Made by a program: the position numbers and the translations under genes
Assembly (NCBI GenBank): GCA_046542505.1
Contig: JBKHBH010000013.1
Location: forward strand, 1 to 34,730
Origin: Thermovirgaceae bacterium
GTDB lineage: Bacteria > Synergistota > Synergistia > Synergistales > Thermovirgaceae
Direction: 5' to 3'
Length of the DNA stretch: 34,730 nt
Notes under the pieces: model-generated
Told to the model about the DNA's origin: nothing
Seen by the model: only the letters and a program-made list of their open reading frames with translations
Databases searched by the model: none
Part shown: positions 33,821 through 34,730 of the stretch, piece after piece
Layout: each line of letters opens with the position of its first letter
Numbering within the stretch: the first letter of the stretch is position 1

Positions 33821-34730
33821 AGCGGTTCTTCTTTCCCTTTTTGACCCTGGATCGCTATATCATCACCCAGACGGCCAACGCCTTCGTTTTTGGTGTATTG
33901 GCCTTTACGGTCCTTTTGGTCGCAGGCGACCTTCTCTTCGAGATTGCGGACCTCGTGATCGATCAGGGAGTTTCCCTTTGGGCTGTGAGTCGCCTTTTTG
34001 TCTATAAACTTCCCGGTGTGGTCGTTATGACTCTTCCCATGGCTTCTCTTCTGGCGGCGCTTCTGACCTTCAGCAGGCTTTCCTCCCAGAGCGAGATCAT
34101 TGCCATGAAAGCGGCAGGAATTTCCTTCCAGAGGATTCTTCGTCCTGTCATCGCGGCATCGGTACTGGTTTCCCTTTTTGCGATCTTCATGAATGAAAGC
34201 ATTGTCCCCCTGTCCAACAAGGCCGCCGACAACATCTTTCGTTTTGAAGTTGCAAATGAGCAGCCCTCGCTTTTAAAAGAGCAGATATTTCTTCGTGACG
34301 AGCAGGGAGGACAACTGAAAAGGGTTGTCTACATCGCGAAACTGCTTCAAAACAGGGGGGAGATGCAGGATATCCTGATACAGGATTTCGAGGAAGGGAT
34401 CCTAAGCCGGATAACCAACGCCGAAAAGGCCTACTGGAAAGACAACAGGTGGTTTCTTGAAACGGGAAAGACTTTCGAGGTTACACGAGGCGGAAAGGTG
34501 AATCTGCTCTTTTCTTTCGACACCCAGGAAATGCCTCAGCTTCTGGAACCCGGGAAAATTGCCAGGGCATCCAGGGATCCTGATGAAATGAGTGCCCTGG
34601 AGCTGAGGGAATATATCAGAATTACGGAAAAGCAGGGAGCGAACACGGAGCCGCTGCGGGTGATGTTTCACCTCAAGCTTTCTCTTCCGTGGGCCTGTGT
34701 CATTCTGGCCCTTCTGGGTTCGGCCCTCGG
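33817..34730 (+). CDS. LPS export permease LptF/LptG family (partial; runs off the right edge)
   Basis: My translation from ATG 33817: MKRFFFPFLTLDRYII...LPMASLLAALLTFSRLSSQSEIIAMKAAGISFQRILRPV. It is not in the ORF track because there is no stop in the window. Confidence 0.92.
   Translation, partial: MKRFFFPFLTLDRYIITQTANAFVFGVLAFTVLLVAGDLLFEIADLVIDQGVSLWAVSRLFVYKLPGVVVMTLPMASLLAALLTFSRLSSQSEIIAMKAAGISFQRILRPVIAASVLVSLFAIFMNESIVPLSNKAADNIFRFEVANEQPSLLKEQIFLRDEQGGQLKRVVYIAKLLQNRGEMQDILIQDFEEGILSRITNAEKAYWKDNRWFLETGKTFEVTRGGKVNLLFSFDTQEMPQLLEPGKIARASRDPDEMSALELREYIRITEKQGANTEPLRVMFHLKLSLPWACVILALLGSAL

Noticed and set aside
1..34730. CRISPR arrays, IS elements, defence systems and selenocysteine read-through
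   Set aside because: By eye I found no spaced direct repeats, transposase motifs, or in-frame TGA at catalytic Cys positions.

Overview
A dense, almost entirely plus-strand stretch of core chromosome from an anaerobic, diderm, amino-acid-fermenting bacterium. Synergistota is my inference from the combination of Firmicute-type gene order and CodY with lipid A and BamA genes. From left to right: a headless RpiR/SIS remnant on the minus strand (missing from the ORF track), an intact RpiR regulator, tRNA-Ser(TGA), an FxLYD-like exported protein, a CoA-binding protein, nifS/iscS-nifU-MOSC, thioesterase-iorAB and a pilin-like gene. Next comes lepB-rbgA-rnhB-yraN-comM-dprA-(Smg-like)-topA-trmFO-xerC-hslV-hslU-codY, then S1 protein-DUF501-ppx-argH, tRNA-Lys/Glu/Thr and a histidine phosphatase. 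The window ends in an outer-membrane biogenesis cluster: short sigma-70 factor, membrane protein, bamA, unknown OMP-like protein, lpxD, lpxC, fabZ, lpxA, kdsC and lptF/G (partial). I found no mobile element, prophage or CRISPR array. The best leads are (1) a possible sigma/anti-sigma pair plus an unknown POTRA-like/beta-rich protein heading the OM cluster, (2) CodY-box-like sites and an apparently leaderless promoter in front of xerC-hslVU-codY, (3) a dif-like inverted repeat at 1700-1729, (4) a half-length Smg-like protein, and (5) a terminator hairpin that contains the RBS and start codon of DUF501. All calls come from reading motifs by eye; no searches were run.
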